NCBI GenBank assembly: GCA_963782755.1
Contig: CAWAKR010000012.1
Location: 14,557-78,556 of the forward strand
Length of the DNA: 64,000 bases
Origin: Candidatus Acidiferrales bacterium
Lineage (GTDB): Bacteria; Acidobacteriota; Terriglobia; Acidiferrales; UBA7541
Reading direction: 5' to 3'
Every line of letters starts with the position of its first letter. Position 1 is the first letter of the stretch. The notes beneath the pieces were generated by a model that ran no database searches, was not told the DNA's origin, and worked only from the letters and a program-made list of their open reading frames with translations. This document shows positions 9,576 through 18,991 of this stretch, piece by piece. The position numbers and the translations under genes were made by a program.

Positions 9576-10837
9576 AGCGCTGGATCGAGAATTACGCGAA
9601 GAACAAGTTCTTCGCGGCATTGCAGGGGATAGAAGGCGGATGCCTGGAACTGGTCTGCCCGGAAAAGACCTACACGTTCGGCGATCCCCACGCGGCGCTG
9701 AAGGCGATGGCGGTGATCCATGACGAGCGATTTTTCCTGCGCGCGGCCATGGGAGCGGACGTGGGGATCGGGGAATCGTACATGGATGGCGACTGGACTT
9801 CGCCAGACATGGTGTCGCTGGTGCGGGTAGTGACACGGAATCTGCGGCTGTTCGATTCGAAGAACAAGGCGCTGTCTGCGCTACGACGGATGGCGTTCCG
9901 ATGGCAGCACAAGCGCAGGGACAACAGCGTTACGGGGAGCAGGGAGAATATCCGGGCGCACTACGATCTCGGAAATGACTTCTACAAGTTGTTTCTGGAC
10001 GAGAAGATGATGTATTCGTCGGGCTATTTTCAGAGGCAGGAAGAATCGCTGGAAGAGGCGCAGATCCGCAAAATGGATCTGATCTGCCGGAAGCTGCAGC
10101 TCGAACCGGGTGAGCGGGTGCTGGAGATTGGGTGCGGATGGGGCGCGTTTGCGGTGCATGCGGCCAGAAACTACGGCGCGCATGTGACCGGCGTGACGAT
10201 CAGCCCGGCGCAATTTCAGGCGGCCAGCGAGCGGATCGCGAAGAGCGATGTGACCCCGGGCAGCGTGAAACTGGTGATGCAGGACTACAGACTGCTGGAA
10301 GGGGAGTACGACAAGATCGTCAGCATCGAAATGTTTGAAGCCGTGGGACTGGCGCACTACGACGACTTCTTCAGGACGTGCGATCGCCTGCTGACGCGCG
10401 ATGGTTCGATGCTGATGCAGACGATCACGATTCCAGACCGCGAACTGGCGGAATACCGGCGGCGCGTGGACTGGATTCAAACGTATATTTTCCCAGGGAG
10501 CGAACTGGCGTTTGTAAGCGAGATCCAACGATCGCTGGCGAAGGTGACGCGGATGAGCCTGGCGAATCTGGAAAATTTTGGAATGCATTATGCGCGGACG
10601 CTGTCGCTGTGGCGCGAGCGATTTTTTCAGCAGCTTGGCGAGGTGCAGAAGTTGGGATTCGATGAGCGATTCCAGCGAATGTGGGATTTTTATCTGGCGT
10701 GGTGCGAGGGCGCGTTTCGAGAACGGTACATTAACGTAGCGCATTTGTTGCTGGCGAAGGATGGGTCGCGCACGGCGTTGCTGGGCGACCCGGTTTATGT
10801 GCGGCAGGCTATGGAGATAAAACCCGGATCAGTTTAG
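9572..10837 (+). CDS. Cyclopropane-fatty-acyl-phospholipid synthase family methyltransferase (UfaM/CfaS-like)
   Basis: GESYMDGDW, NIRAHYDLGNDFY, LEIGCGWG, SIEMFEAVG, YIFPG, MWDFYLAWC. Confidence 0.9.
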   Translation: MKRWIENYAKNKFFAALQGIEGGCLELVCPEKTYTFGDPHAALKAMAVIHDERFFLRAAMGADVGIGESYMDGDWTSPDMVSLVRVVTRNLRLFDSKNKALSALRRMAFRWQHKRRDNSVTGSRENIRAHYDLGNDFYKLFLDEKMMYSSGYFQRQEESLEEAQIRKMDLICRKLQLEPGERVLEIGCGWGAFAVHAARNYGAHVTGVTISPAQFQAASERIAKSDVTPGSVKLVMQDYRLLEGEYDKIVSIEMFEAVGLAHYDDFFRTCDRLLTRDGSMLMQTITIPDRELAEYRRRVDWIQTYIFPGSELAFVSEIQRSLAKVTRMSLANLENFGMHYARTLSLWRERFFQQLGEVQKLGFDERFQRMWDFYLAWCEGAFRERYINVAHLLLAKDGSRTALLGDPVYVRQAMEIKPGSV

Positions 10838-10866
10838 GCTCGCAGATTTGAAATAAATTGGGCCAT

Positions 10867-10899
10867 AAGAAGGACGCTTTTCTGGTGGCGTCTTTTTTT
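10867..10899 (+). terminator. Probable Rho-independent terminator
   Basis: GGACGC...GCGTCT stem followed by a T run. Confidence 0.6.
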
Positions 10900-10930
10900 C
10901 TAGTATGACGATGTTATGCGCCGCTGCCCT

Positions 10931-10955
10931 GGCCACCTGAAGGTGGCCGCTTCAC
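10931..10955 (-). repeat. REP-like hairpin, family A
   Basis: GGCCACCTGAAGGTGGCCGC perfect hairpin. Confidence 0.7.
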
Positions 10956-10969
10956 AACAAAACGAGCGG

Positions 10970-11458
10970 CTATGGTTTCTGGGGCTGCACCAGGCTGGTG
11001 TGGTCATGGATGATCTTCCAGCCGTCGGGGAACTGTTGGAAGACCAGAGTGAAAACGCCGCCGATGTCGCCAGAATCTCGCTTCAAATGCCATTTGCCGA
11101 GGACGAGGGCTGCAGAGTTCCCTAGTGGATGTATTTCGAGGTCGGAGAAATCCAAATGCCCCATGGCAGACTTGTCTGGGTAGCTGCGCTGATAGCGAGC
11201 CAAAACAGCCTCCCAGCCGCGGGAAACACCATTGGAGCCTGAGAAGGAAAGCTCGGGTGACTTCCAATAGCCCTTCATGAAGGCAGGGATATCGCCGTTA
11301 TTCCAGGCAGTTTGCTGCTGCGTGAGGACCTGAGTGACAGCACCAGAGACGGGTTCACTCGGTGGTACGGCGGCTTGGGACCAGGCCCCGGACGGTAGTA
11401 ATAAATACATTAAAATCAGTAAGTTAGTTGCTCTAAGGGCGACTCTTAGGCTAGTCAT
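10970..11458 (-). CDS. Secreted NTF2/SnoaL-like (DUF4440) protein
   Basis: Signal peptide, then AWNNGDIPAFMKGYW...WKIIHDHTS. Confidence 0.8.
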   Translation of the reverse strand: MTSLRVALRATNLLILMYLLLPSGAWSQAAVPPSEPVSGAVTQVLTQQQTAWNNGDIPAFMKGYWKSPELSFSGSNGVSRGWEAVLARYQRSYPDKSAMGHLDFSDLEIHPLGNSAALVLGKWHLKRDSGDIGGVFTLVFQQFPDGWKIIHDHTSLVQPQKP

Positions 11459-11646
11459 CGAGTTCTCCTGTTCGCGATGGGCCGGAGCATAGGGTGAATG
11501 ACTCTGGTAGTCAAGACTAAGGGGGGTGGGACGGGGGAAAATCATTGGTCGCCAAAGGGTTAAGGCGGCGAGGACTATTCGGGTGGTACTGGCGGGCTAT
11601 AGGAGAAAGAGACGGGTAGCGAGAATATGTGCGTGGAGGCTGAGGG

Positions 11647-12051
11647 ATGTTCGCCGCCATGCTACTTACGATCTCGATGTTGGCGCTGCTGCAGTTTGCG
11701 CTGTACTACTGGCGTGCCCTGCTGGCAGGCGTGGCCTCTCAGCCCGTGTCGGAGCGGGTTCTGGTAGCAGCGCATCTGGAAGACGAGAATTTCTGCGGAG
11801 CTGACTACGAGCGACTAGCCAATCTGCATGAGATGACACCGGAATTGAAGAGTGGAAACGGCGGGCTGGGACTGGTCGGCATGTATCACGAGATGGTGCA
11901 CATGGTAGACGCGGCGTTTGGCAAATTGTCACCTGCCGTGGCGAGTTGGAGCGAGCGGGAAAGCGCCTTGTGCGCACGGTACGCGGCGGTACAGATCGAC
12001 CGGCGATTGCAGTCGAACCTGGCGCAGGCAGCGTCGATTCGTTCGTGCTAG
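11647..12051 (+). CDS. Hypothetical protein with N-terminal hydrophobic helix
   Basis: 134-aa ORF with GAGGG RBS and codon use like neighbouring + strand genes. Confidence 0.65.
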   Translation: MFAAMLLTISMLALLQFALYYWRALLAGVASQPVSERVLVAAHLEDENFCGADYERLANLHEMTPELKSGNGGLGLVGMYHEMVHMVDAAFGKLSPAVASWSERESALCARYAAVQIDRRLQSNLAQAASIRSC

Positions 12052-12289
12052 TCAGTGATTGATAGAATCTCCCGCCCAATAAGATTTCGATAGAATTGCA
12101 GAAAAATTACCGCCTCTGAAGCCGGACGCCACACAACCCCACCCCAGCAGCACAGCGTAAAGCCGCTACTACCCGACAACGAGAATTATTCGCCCACTTG
12201 AACGAGACACAAACCTACGCTTGTTCTGAAAAGGAAAATTGAAAGAGAATGCAGACGGCGTGACGAAGCGCCTCGAGGCCTGACGAGAA

Positions 12290-12712
12290 ATGAGCCTGGC
12301 ACAAAAATCGTTGCAGAGCGCACGAATTATCCACGTGGCACTGTTATTTGCGGCCCTGGCTTATGTGGTGGTGGCGTTGTATGTGGCCAGCCCCGCAAAG
12401 GGTACGGTGCCTATGGCAGTAGTGGGGGGACTCGGGCTCGGAGCGTTCAGCCTGCTGGTGGTAGCGGTATTTTTTCGAACAAAATTTGTGCAGTTGGGCG
12501 CAGAAAAGCTGAGAGTGAATGGTGATGATGAGACAGGTGCCAGGTTATGGCGAACGGGGACGATCGTGTCGCTGGTGTTTGCGGAGAGCATCGTGATGTT
12601 CGGACTGGTGATGCGAATGATAGGGACGTCATGGAATGTGAGCGGGATTTTTTATGTGGTCGGGATATTGGCGATGCTGGCATGGTGGCCGAGGTTAGAG
12701 TCGGGAAGTTAA
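12290..12712 (+). CDS. Hypothetical membrane protein (~4 TM)
   Basis: 140-aa ORF with four hydrophobic segments. Confidence 0.65.
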   Translation: MSLAQKSLQSARIIHVALLFAALAYVVVALYVASPAKGTVPMAVVGGLGLGAFSLLVVAVFFRTKFVQLGAEKLRVNGDDETGARLWRTGTIVSLVFAESIVMFGLVMRMIGTSWNVSGIFYVVGILAMLAWWPRLESGS

Positions 12713-12930
12713 GAATCTCCGGGTCAATGCGGATTAGAATCAATTGGTTGAGATCCTTCACTCGCAGAGAGCGCGGGCTCAGGATGACATGCAGGTACCC
12801 CGCGCATCACAGTGAATCTGCTGCTCCATTAGAAAAAAGCTACTGAACAGATTGTTATCTGTGGGGAAACCGAGGAGTGGTATGCTCGAAGTCCGCCCCG
12901 TTGTGCAATAAAAAGAGAGAGGGAAATCCA

Positions 12931-13323
12931 ATGGCCGACCTAGAACAACTTAAGCAGAAGTACGCCTCCGCGCTGAATTTGATCAACCAACTTGGGGTGA
13001 AGCTGACGCACGTGCATATCCAGGATAATAAACTGTACGTAGAAGGTGCCGCAGGTACCGAGGCGATCAAGAACAAGATATGGGATCAGGTGAAGTTGGT
13101 GGATACGAGCCTGAGCGACATTACGTTGAACATTTCGGTAGATCCGTCTCTGGCGCCGAAGCAGAAAACGTATACGGTGGCAGCGGGAGATTCACTTTCG
13201 AAAATTGCGAAGCAGTTTTATGGGAACGTAAATCAGTATATGAAGATTTACGAGGCGAACCGGAATGTGCTGAGCGATCCGAACGTGGTGAAAATCGGGC
13301 AGGAGTTGGTGATTCCGGAATAA
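12931..13323 (+). CDS. LysM peptidoglycan-binding domain protein (BON-like plus LysM, Kbp-like)
   Basis: YTVAAGDSLSKIAKQFYG...IYEANR...IGQELVIP; RBS GAGGG before ATG 12931. Confidence 0.85.
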   Translation: MADLEQLKQKYASALNLINQLGVKLTHVHIQDNKLYVEGAAGTEAIKNKIWDQVKLVDTSLSDITLNISVDPSLAPKQKTYTVAAGDSLSKIAKQFYGNVNQYMKIYEANRNVLSDPNVVKIGQELVIPE

Positions 13324-13338
13324 GAGAAGGCAGTTGCG

Positions 13339-13380
13339 AAAAATGGACGCGGGCGAAGGAGACTTTCGCCCGCGTTTTTG
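13339..13380. terminator. Bidirectional Rho-independent terminator
   Basis: GACGCGGGCGAA...TTCGCCCGCGTT stem flanked by A and T runs between convergent genes. Confidence 0.8.
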
Positions 13381-13394
13381 TTGTTACCCAAAAA

Positions 13395-14390
13395 TCAGTA
13401 AGCCCAGCGCATAAGGATTCCGCCAGTTGTGTAGCCTGCGCCGACGGCAGCGAGAAGTACGAGATCGCCTTTTTTGAGGCGGCCCTCCTCGACGGCATCA
13501 CGCAGGCCGAGAGGGATCGTGCCGCCGGTGGTATTTCCGTAGCGATCGATGTTGACCATGATTTTGGAGTCGTCGACGCCGAGGCGCTCTTGCGTGGCGC
13601 GGATGATGCGGAGGTTGGCCTGGTGGGGAACAAGGATCTTGAGATCGGCCGTTGTGAAATTGTTGCGCTCGAGAAGCGTGGTGGAAATTTCGGACATGCG
13701 GCGGACGGCATATTTGAAAACTTGCGAGCCATCCTGATGGACGACGTGCATATTCTTCTCGACCGTTTCGTGGGTCGATGGATTCAGCGATCCGCCCCCG
13801 GGCATGTACAGGTAATTGCCACCGGACCCATCGATATCGTGCATGAAATCGAGGATACCTTCCTCAGGACCTGCAGGTTCGACGAGAAGAGCACCGGCGC
13901 CGTCGCCAAAGAGCACGCAGGTCGCACGGTCTTTGTAATCGATGATGGAGCTCATGGCATCGGCGCCGATGACGAGCGCTTTCTTGTGCGTACCCGCGCC
14001 GACAAATTGCGAGCCGACGGTAAGTGCGTAGGTCAAACCAGAGCATGCGCCGGAAAGATCGAAGCCCCAGGCTTTTTTCGCGCCAATACGATCCTGGACA
14101 AGGCAGGCAGTGGCGGGAAACATCATGTCGGGAGTGACGCTGGCGACAATGATGAGATCAATGTCGGCGGGATTGGTGTTGGTCTGGGCAAGGAGAAGCT
14201 TTGCGGCTTCGGTGGCGAGGTGAGAGGTGGCCATGCCTTTGTCGACGATATGGCGTTCGCGGATACCGGTGCGGGTGCGGATCCATTCATCGTTGGTCTC
14301 GACCATTTTTTCGAGGTCGGCGTTGCTGAGAATGCGAGGTGGAACGTAACCGGCTACACCCGTAATTTTGGCAGCGATGCGACGAGACAT
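13395..14390 (-). CDS. fabH: Beta-ketoacyl-ACP synthase III
   Basis: GACSG catalytic Cys, [17 protein letters not shown]. Confidence 0.93.
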   Translation of the reverse strand: MSRRIAAKITGVAGYVPPRILSNADLEKMVETNDEWIRTRTGIRERHIVDKGMATSHLATEAAKLLLAQTNTNPADIDLIIVASVTPDMMFPATACLVQDRIGAKKAWGFDLSGACSGLTYALTVGSQFVGAGTHKKALVIGADAMSSIIDYKDRATCVLFGDGAGALLVEPAGPEEGILDFMHDIDGSGGNYLYMPGGGSLNPSTHETVEKNMHVVHQDGSQVFKYAVRRMSEISTTLLERNNFTTADLKILVPHQANLRIIRATQERLGVDDSKIMVNIDRYGNTTGGTIPLGLRDAVEEGRLKKGDLVLLAAVGAGYTTGGILMRWAY

Positions 14391-14414
14391 GATGCTCCTT
14401 GAAGAAATAGAAGC

Positions 14415-14888
14415 TCAATAAATTAAAAACGATTGTATGCGAGAAAGTTTAGAAGAAACAAGCAGGGAAGACGGATTTAGAGAGGGGGAAGAAGTCTCGA
14501 GTCGCCATGTGATTTTGGCGGTTTTCTGGAGCATGGCGGAAACGGAACAGTATTTTTCCTCGCTGAGAGCAATGGCGTGGCGAGCAGCGCCTTCGTCTAC
14601 GTGGCCGCGCATACGGTAGAGAAGTTCAATCGTTTTCCAGACGGTCGGCGGAGTGGAGGCGCGTTCGCCGGAGCAGATAACTTCGAGAGACTGGAGCTTC
14701 TGGCGCTTTTTCTCGAGGATGATGACGATGTCGGTGGCAGTGCAAGCGCCGAGGGCCATGAGAACGAGTTCCATGGGGCCTGGAGCCTTGTTGGAATCGC
14801 GGTCGGAATCGAGGGGAACGGAATGGCCAGAGGGGCTGATAGCTACAAATTTCTGGTCGCCGGTCCATTTTATAGTGGCGGTTTGCAT
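14415..14888 (-). CDS. OsmC/YhfA family protein (true stop possibly near 14477 if a +1 error lies near 14496)
   Basis: MQTATIKW...PGPMELVLMALGACT...EKYCSV two-Cys pattern. Confidence 0.82.
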   Translation of the reverse strand: MQTATIKWTGDQKFVAISPSGHSVPLDSDRDSNKAPGPMELVLMALGACTATDIVIILEKKRQKLQSLEVICSGERASTPPTVWKTIELLYRMRGHVDEGAARHAIALSEEKYCSVSAMLQKTAKITWRLETSSPSLNPSSLLVSSKLSRIQSFLIY

Positions 14889-15005
14889 GCAGAATACCTC
14901 TCGATGAAGTGGAGTCAGACTGAGGGCTAGTTTAGCAAGAGAATGCGAATTGCGTGGATCGAGTGCAGCGAGAGACAAATTAGATTCACGCATGGATGAA
15001 TGATT

Positions 15006-15119
15006 TTGCGGACGTGGGATCCAGCAATGCTGCACCCTCACAAGATCGAGAGCGGATACCTCGCTCCGTTCGGGACGACGAACAGAAGCAACCGATGGCC
15101 ACCTGAAGTTGGCAACTAC
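15006..15119 (-). repeat. Cluster of REP-like hairpins (family B 15006..15041; family A 15097..15119)
   Basis: Matches to the consensus TTGCGGACRTGGGGTGCAGCRGTGCTGCACCCCTAC and GGCCACCTGAAGGTGGCCGCTAC. Confidence 0.65.
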
Positions 15120-15153
15120 AAAAAATACGGAGCAATGGACAGGTGCAAGAGGA

Positions 15154-18100
15154 TCAGGTGTTGCGGGCGATGAGAGAAGCCACTTCGATGATGGGATTGG
15201 GAAGTTGGCGCATGGCGCGGACGAAGGCTTCGACAAGGTGGGCATCGAACTGGGAATTAGCGCAGCGTTCGAGTTCGCTCAAGGCTTGATCGGCGGTGCG
15301 GCCTTTTTTGTAGCTGCGATCGCTGGTGATGGTGTCGTAGGAATCGGCGATGGTGATGATGCGAGCGCCAAGAGGAATCTTGTCGCCGGACAGCGCGTTG
15401 GGGTAGCCAGAGCCATCGAAAAATTCATGGTGATGCAGGACCATCTCGCGAATGCGCGCTAGAGGAACGAGAGGTTCGAGGATTTTCGCGCCGAAGAGCA
15501 CGTGGGTCTTCATGGTTTCCCACTCTTCGGGGTTGAGTGGGCCACTCTTGTTGAGGATAGCTTCAGGAATGCCAACTTTGCCGACGTCGTGCAGGACAGC
15601 GGCGAGTCGGATTTCTTCCACTTCAGGTTCAGACATGCCCAGTGCTTCCGCGAGAAGGGCGGCATAGGCAGAAACTTTCTGAGAATGGCCCTGGGTGTAC
15701 TGGTCCTTTGCATCGATGGCGTAGGCCAGGGAGGTGACGGTATCGAGAATGGATTGCGGAAGAGCCGGGGGACCCTGCGCGGCCTCTACTCCAGAATTAT
15801 CGGTTTCCGGAAGTGAATCGGTGAATTGCCGAAGGCGCTGGTAAATTTCTTCAAAGGCTTCAGGGCCGGTGGCGAAAAGGCGCTTCAATGTGACGCCGAG
15901 ATAGGCTTCAAGAACATCGCGTTTCCAGCGGCGCGTTTCTTTCGGATCAACGTGATCCGCGGTGGAAACGGTATTACCGCCCTGATGTTTGGACAAATAC
16001 ATGGACGCGTCGGCGACCTGGATGAGTTCCTGAGGCGACGAACCGTGCAGCGGATAACAAGCGATGCCAAAGCTGGCACTGATATTTTTCTCGCGGAGCA
16101 GCGGATCGGCGGCAACCCAACCGCGGAGCTTGGAGGCAAGCTGACGAGCTTGCTCCATGGTGGTTTCCGGCATAAGGATGACGAATTCGTCGCCACCGTA
16201 GCGGGCCACAACGTCAGAGCGACGGCAATTCGTTTCAAGAATCTGGCCAACACGCTGCAGGACGAGATCGCCTTCGAGGTGGCCATAGAAGTCGTTGACG
16301 AATTTGAAGCGATCGAGGTCCATGAGGACAAGAGCGAAGGAGCGGCCGGCGCGCGAAGAGCGCTTCCATTCGGAGGAGAGTGCCTCCATGAAAAAGCGAT
16401 GCGTTTTGACGTTGGTGAGGCCGTCGGTGATGGCTTGTTCCTGGGCCTTCTGGAACGTGAGGGCGTTGTGCAGGGCGCCGGAAATCAAATCGGCAAGGGT
16501 GTGGAGAAGAAGAGAATCTTCCTCGGAAATCTCGCGTAGTTCGAGGGTCTCGACGTAAAGGACGCCGTGCAAATGATCCGCGTAAAAAATGGGCAAAGCC
16601 ATGGCGGTGAGAGATTCCGGCATTACGGGCCTGGCCATGGACTGATTGTTAGCCAGAGAGCGGTAGGACGCGGTCTTGCCGGTACGGGCGACCTGACCGA
16701 CGAGTCCGGTGTCGAGTGGCAGCCTGCGGCCGATGGCGCCGCGGCGCGCGCCGCCTTCCGCATGCACAACGAGTTCGCGAGTGGTGTAGTCCATCAGGGC
16801 GATGCCGATGTGATCGTAGTTGAGGCCGGTTTCGAGTTGCTCGGTCATCTTGGCGAGAACTTCGTCGGGATTGAGAGTGGCGATGGCATCACGTGAAATG
16901 AGGTTGACGAGTTCGAGATGGCGCGCTTTGGTGCGTTCGTCCTGGAAGAGGCGAGCGTTTTCGATGGCGATACTGGCTTCGCTGGCCAGGACGCGAAGAA
17001 GCTCGAGGTGGCCTTCGTCGTACATGCGTTCTGTTTCAGAGAAGATGCAGAGTGCGCCGATGGTGTGATCATAGGCAACCAGCGGCACGCCGCAAAAAGA
17101 GCCGGATGAGCGAATGGGATCGACAGCCAGTTTTTTGACTTCGTTGGCGAAATTCTCGCGGATCAAGACGGGCTGACGGGTGCGAAGAATATATTCCGTG
17201 AGGTGATTGCCGGCAGGGCGAGAACGCTTGGGCATGCGGACGGCGTCGATCATTTCCAGTTCAAACTGTATGGCGTCGCGGAGCGGATCGAAGGAAGCGA
17301 GGTACAAGTTCTGGACGTCGAACAGACGGCGCAGCTCTTCCCAGATTTTGCGCAGAAGATCTTCGCGATTGAGAGTAGAGCTGAGGGCGCGGCCGATTTC
17401 GTTGAGAACGTGAAGTTCTTCGGAGCGGCGCGAGGTCTGCTGGATCAGGTAGCTGTTTTCGACGGCCATGCCGATCTGGTGACCAAGTGCAAGCAGCAGG
17501 CGCAATTCCGGAGGAGTAAAGCGGCGATTATCGGGGGTGCCGAGTAGAAGAAGCCCAAAGGCTTGATCCTTGGCCTGGAGGCTGATGACAACAACGCTGC
17601 GAAGTCCCTGACGGAGTGCAAGTTCGCGGAAGCGCCGAATGGGTTCGTCTTTTTCGAGCGCAGTGAGTTTATCGTCGCGAAGATCGCGAAAACCGAGAAG
17701 GCCGCCGAGGCGCGAAACGAGGCCGACAAGGTAATCGTCGAGGCCCTCTTCCTGAGCGATGCGACAAAACTCGTCTGGAATTCCGGCGCAGACGACGGAA
17801 GTGGGGCCGGAGGGATCACCGTGATGAAGAAAGAGCGCGCCAGAAGGAAGACGAACCACGCCAAGTACGCGATCGAGGGCTTGGGCCAGCATGCGCTGAA
17901 TTTCGCCGCCGACGAAGCTGGAGGTAGCGAGATTAAGATTGGAAAGCGCCAGCATATTGCGTTCGACGCGGCGCTTCTCTTCTTCGTAGATCGCCATAAC
18001 CAAAAGCATGGAGACGAAGACGGTGGGAATACCGGTGATGGGGCGAATGCCCTGGCCGAGTGATTCCGGCGTGAGCTTCAGAAAATGAAGAGCAAGAAAA

Positions 18101-18570
18101 ACAACGCCCCAGAGAGCGAAGGCAACGCCAAGGAGGCGGTCGGCGAGGGTTTCGAAGCGCTGGCTTTCCCGCCAGAAAAGATAGCCAACGACGATGTAAA
18201 CCACCGAGCCAGGAACGATAAGGGAGACGGGGAAACTTAAAAAGGAATTGGCAGCAGCCCAGAGGGCGAAAGCAATTGAAACGCAAACAGCAGGAATGAG
18301 GGAGAGCTTGAGCCGCGTGTAGAGTTGCGTGCCAAGAAAAAAAGAAATGCCTGCCAACGCAAAGAAAAGATGGTTGAGCGCAGCGAGAACAGGTGAATTG
18401 CCAATCCACGGAGAAAGGCCGGGGCAGAGGTAGTGCAAACCGTAGAGACTCCAGGCACCGACCCAGAAGAGAATGTATTGCTGGCGCTTGAGCGTATAGA
18501 TGTAGGCAAAGAAAACGGCGACCAGCAGAGTGGCCACGAGAAATCCGAGAGCGATTATGGTTTGAACCAT
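15154..18570 (-). CDS. Membrane-anchored 3xGAF - GGDEF - HD-GYP cyclic-di-GMP enzyme
   Basis: ~7 N-terminal TM helices; three GAF-like repeats; DRFKFVNDFYGH, RYGGDEF; LHDVGK, HHEFFDGSGYP. Start MVQTII chosen, ORF open to 18765. Confidence 0.88.
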   Translation of the reverse strand: MVQTIIALGFLVATLLVAVFFAYIYTLKRQQYILFWVGAWSLYGLHYLCPGLSPWIGNSPVLAALNHLFFALAGISFFLGTQLYTRLKLSLIPAVCVSIAFALWAAANSFLSFPVSLIVPGSVVYIVVGYLFWRESQRFETLADRLLGVAFALWGVVFLALHFLKLTPESLGQGIRPITGIPTVFVSMLLVMAIYEEEKRRVERNMLALSNLNLATSSFVGGEIQRMLAQALDRVLGVVRLPSGALFLHHGDPSGPTSVVCAGIPDEFCRIAQEEGLDDYLVGLVSRLGGLLGFRDLRDDKLTALEKDEPIRRFRELALRQGLRSVVVISLQAKDQAFGLLLLGTPDNRRFTPPELRLLLALGHQIGMAVENSYLIQQTSRRSEELHVLNEIGRALSSTLNREDLLRKIWEELRRLFDVQNLYLASFDPLRDAIQFELEMIDAVRMPKRSRPAGNHLTEYILRTRQPVLIRENFANEVKKLAVDPIRSSGSFCGVPLVAYDHTIGALCIFSETERMYDEGHLELLRVLASEASIAIENARLFQDERTKARHLELVNLISRDAIATLNPDEVLAKMTEQLETGLNYDHIGIALMDYTTRELVVHAEGGARRGAIGRRLPLDTGLVGQVARTGKTASYRSLANNQSMARPVMPESLTAMALPIFYADHLHGVLYVETLELREISEEDSLLLHTLADLISGALHNALTFQKAQEQAITDGLTNVKTHRFFMEALSSEWKRSSRAGRSFALVLMDLDRFKFVNDFYGHLEGDLVLQRVGQILETNCRRSDVVARYGGDEFVILMPETTMEQARQLASKLRGWVAADPLLREKNISASFGIACYPLHGSSPQELIQVADASMYLSKHQGGNTVSTADHVDPKETRRWKRDVLEAYLGVTLKRLFATGPEAFEEIYQRLRQFTDSLPETDNSGVEAAQGPPALPQSILDTVTSLAYAIDAKDQYTQGHSQKVSAYAALLAEALGMSEPEVEEIRLAAVLHDVGKVGIPEAILNKSGPLNPEEWETMKTHVLFGAKILEPLVPLARIREMVLHHHEFFDGSGYPNALSGDKIPLGARIITIADSYDTITSDRSYKKGRTADQALSELERCANSQFDAHLVEAFVRAMRQLPNPIIEVASLIARNT

Positions 18571-18846
18571 CAAGAAAGCTGGGCCTGCCGTCCGGTGCCG
18601 AATAAATTGCCAGAAAACGAACAGGCATAATAGAGGCGGGAGCATCCGTGAAAAAGAAAACTCACAGAGACCCATGGAGCTACACCCGCTCGCCTGAACC
18701 TGACACGTCAAGGGCACACAAAATAGAGCACTTAGATTATGGGGGTGTAAAAAAGCAAGGCGCAAGCGTACCGATGTACTGGTTGCGAAAAAGGTAGTAG
18801 AGGCAGGGACACCGGATTAGAGAAGCAAAAGCGGCTGTTTGGCATC

Positions 18847-18882
18847 TTGCGGACAAGGGGTGGAGCGGTGCTACATCCTTAC
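18847..18882 (-). repeat. REP-like hairpin, family B (degenerate)
   Basis: TTGCGGACAAGGGGTGGAGCGGTGCTACATCCTTAC aligns without gaps to the 36-nt consensus. Confidence 0.6.
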
Positions 18883-18991
18883 TCATTGGTCGTGCGTGCG
18901 GAAAGGGGGGAAAGAGGGGCGAGGTTGGACGTGGGCGGGGAGGTTTCGCTAAACTGAGGGATTACGTGAAGAGAGCGGGACGCGACTAACC

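Noticed and set aside
13080-14402. 440-aa + strand ORF
   Set aside because: It is the antisense shadow of fabH and overlaps the LysM gene; such ORFs are expected in GC-rich DNA and it shows no motifs.
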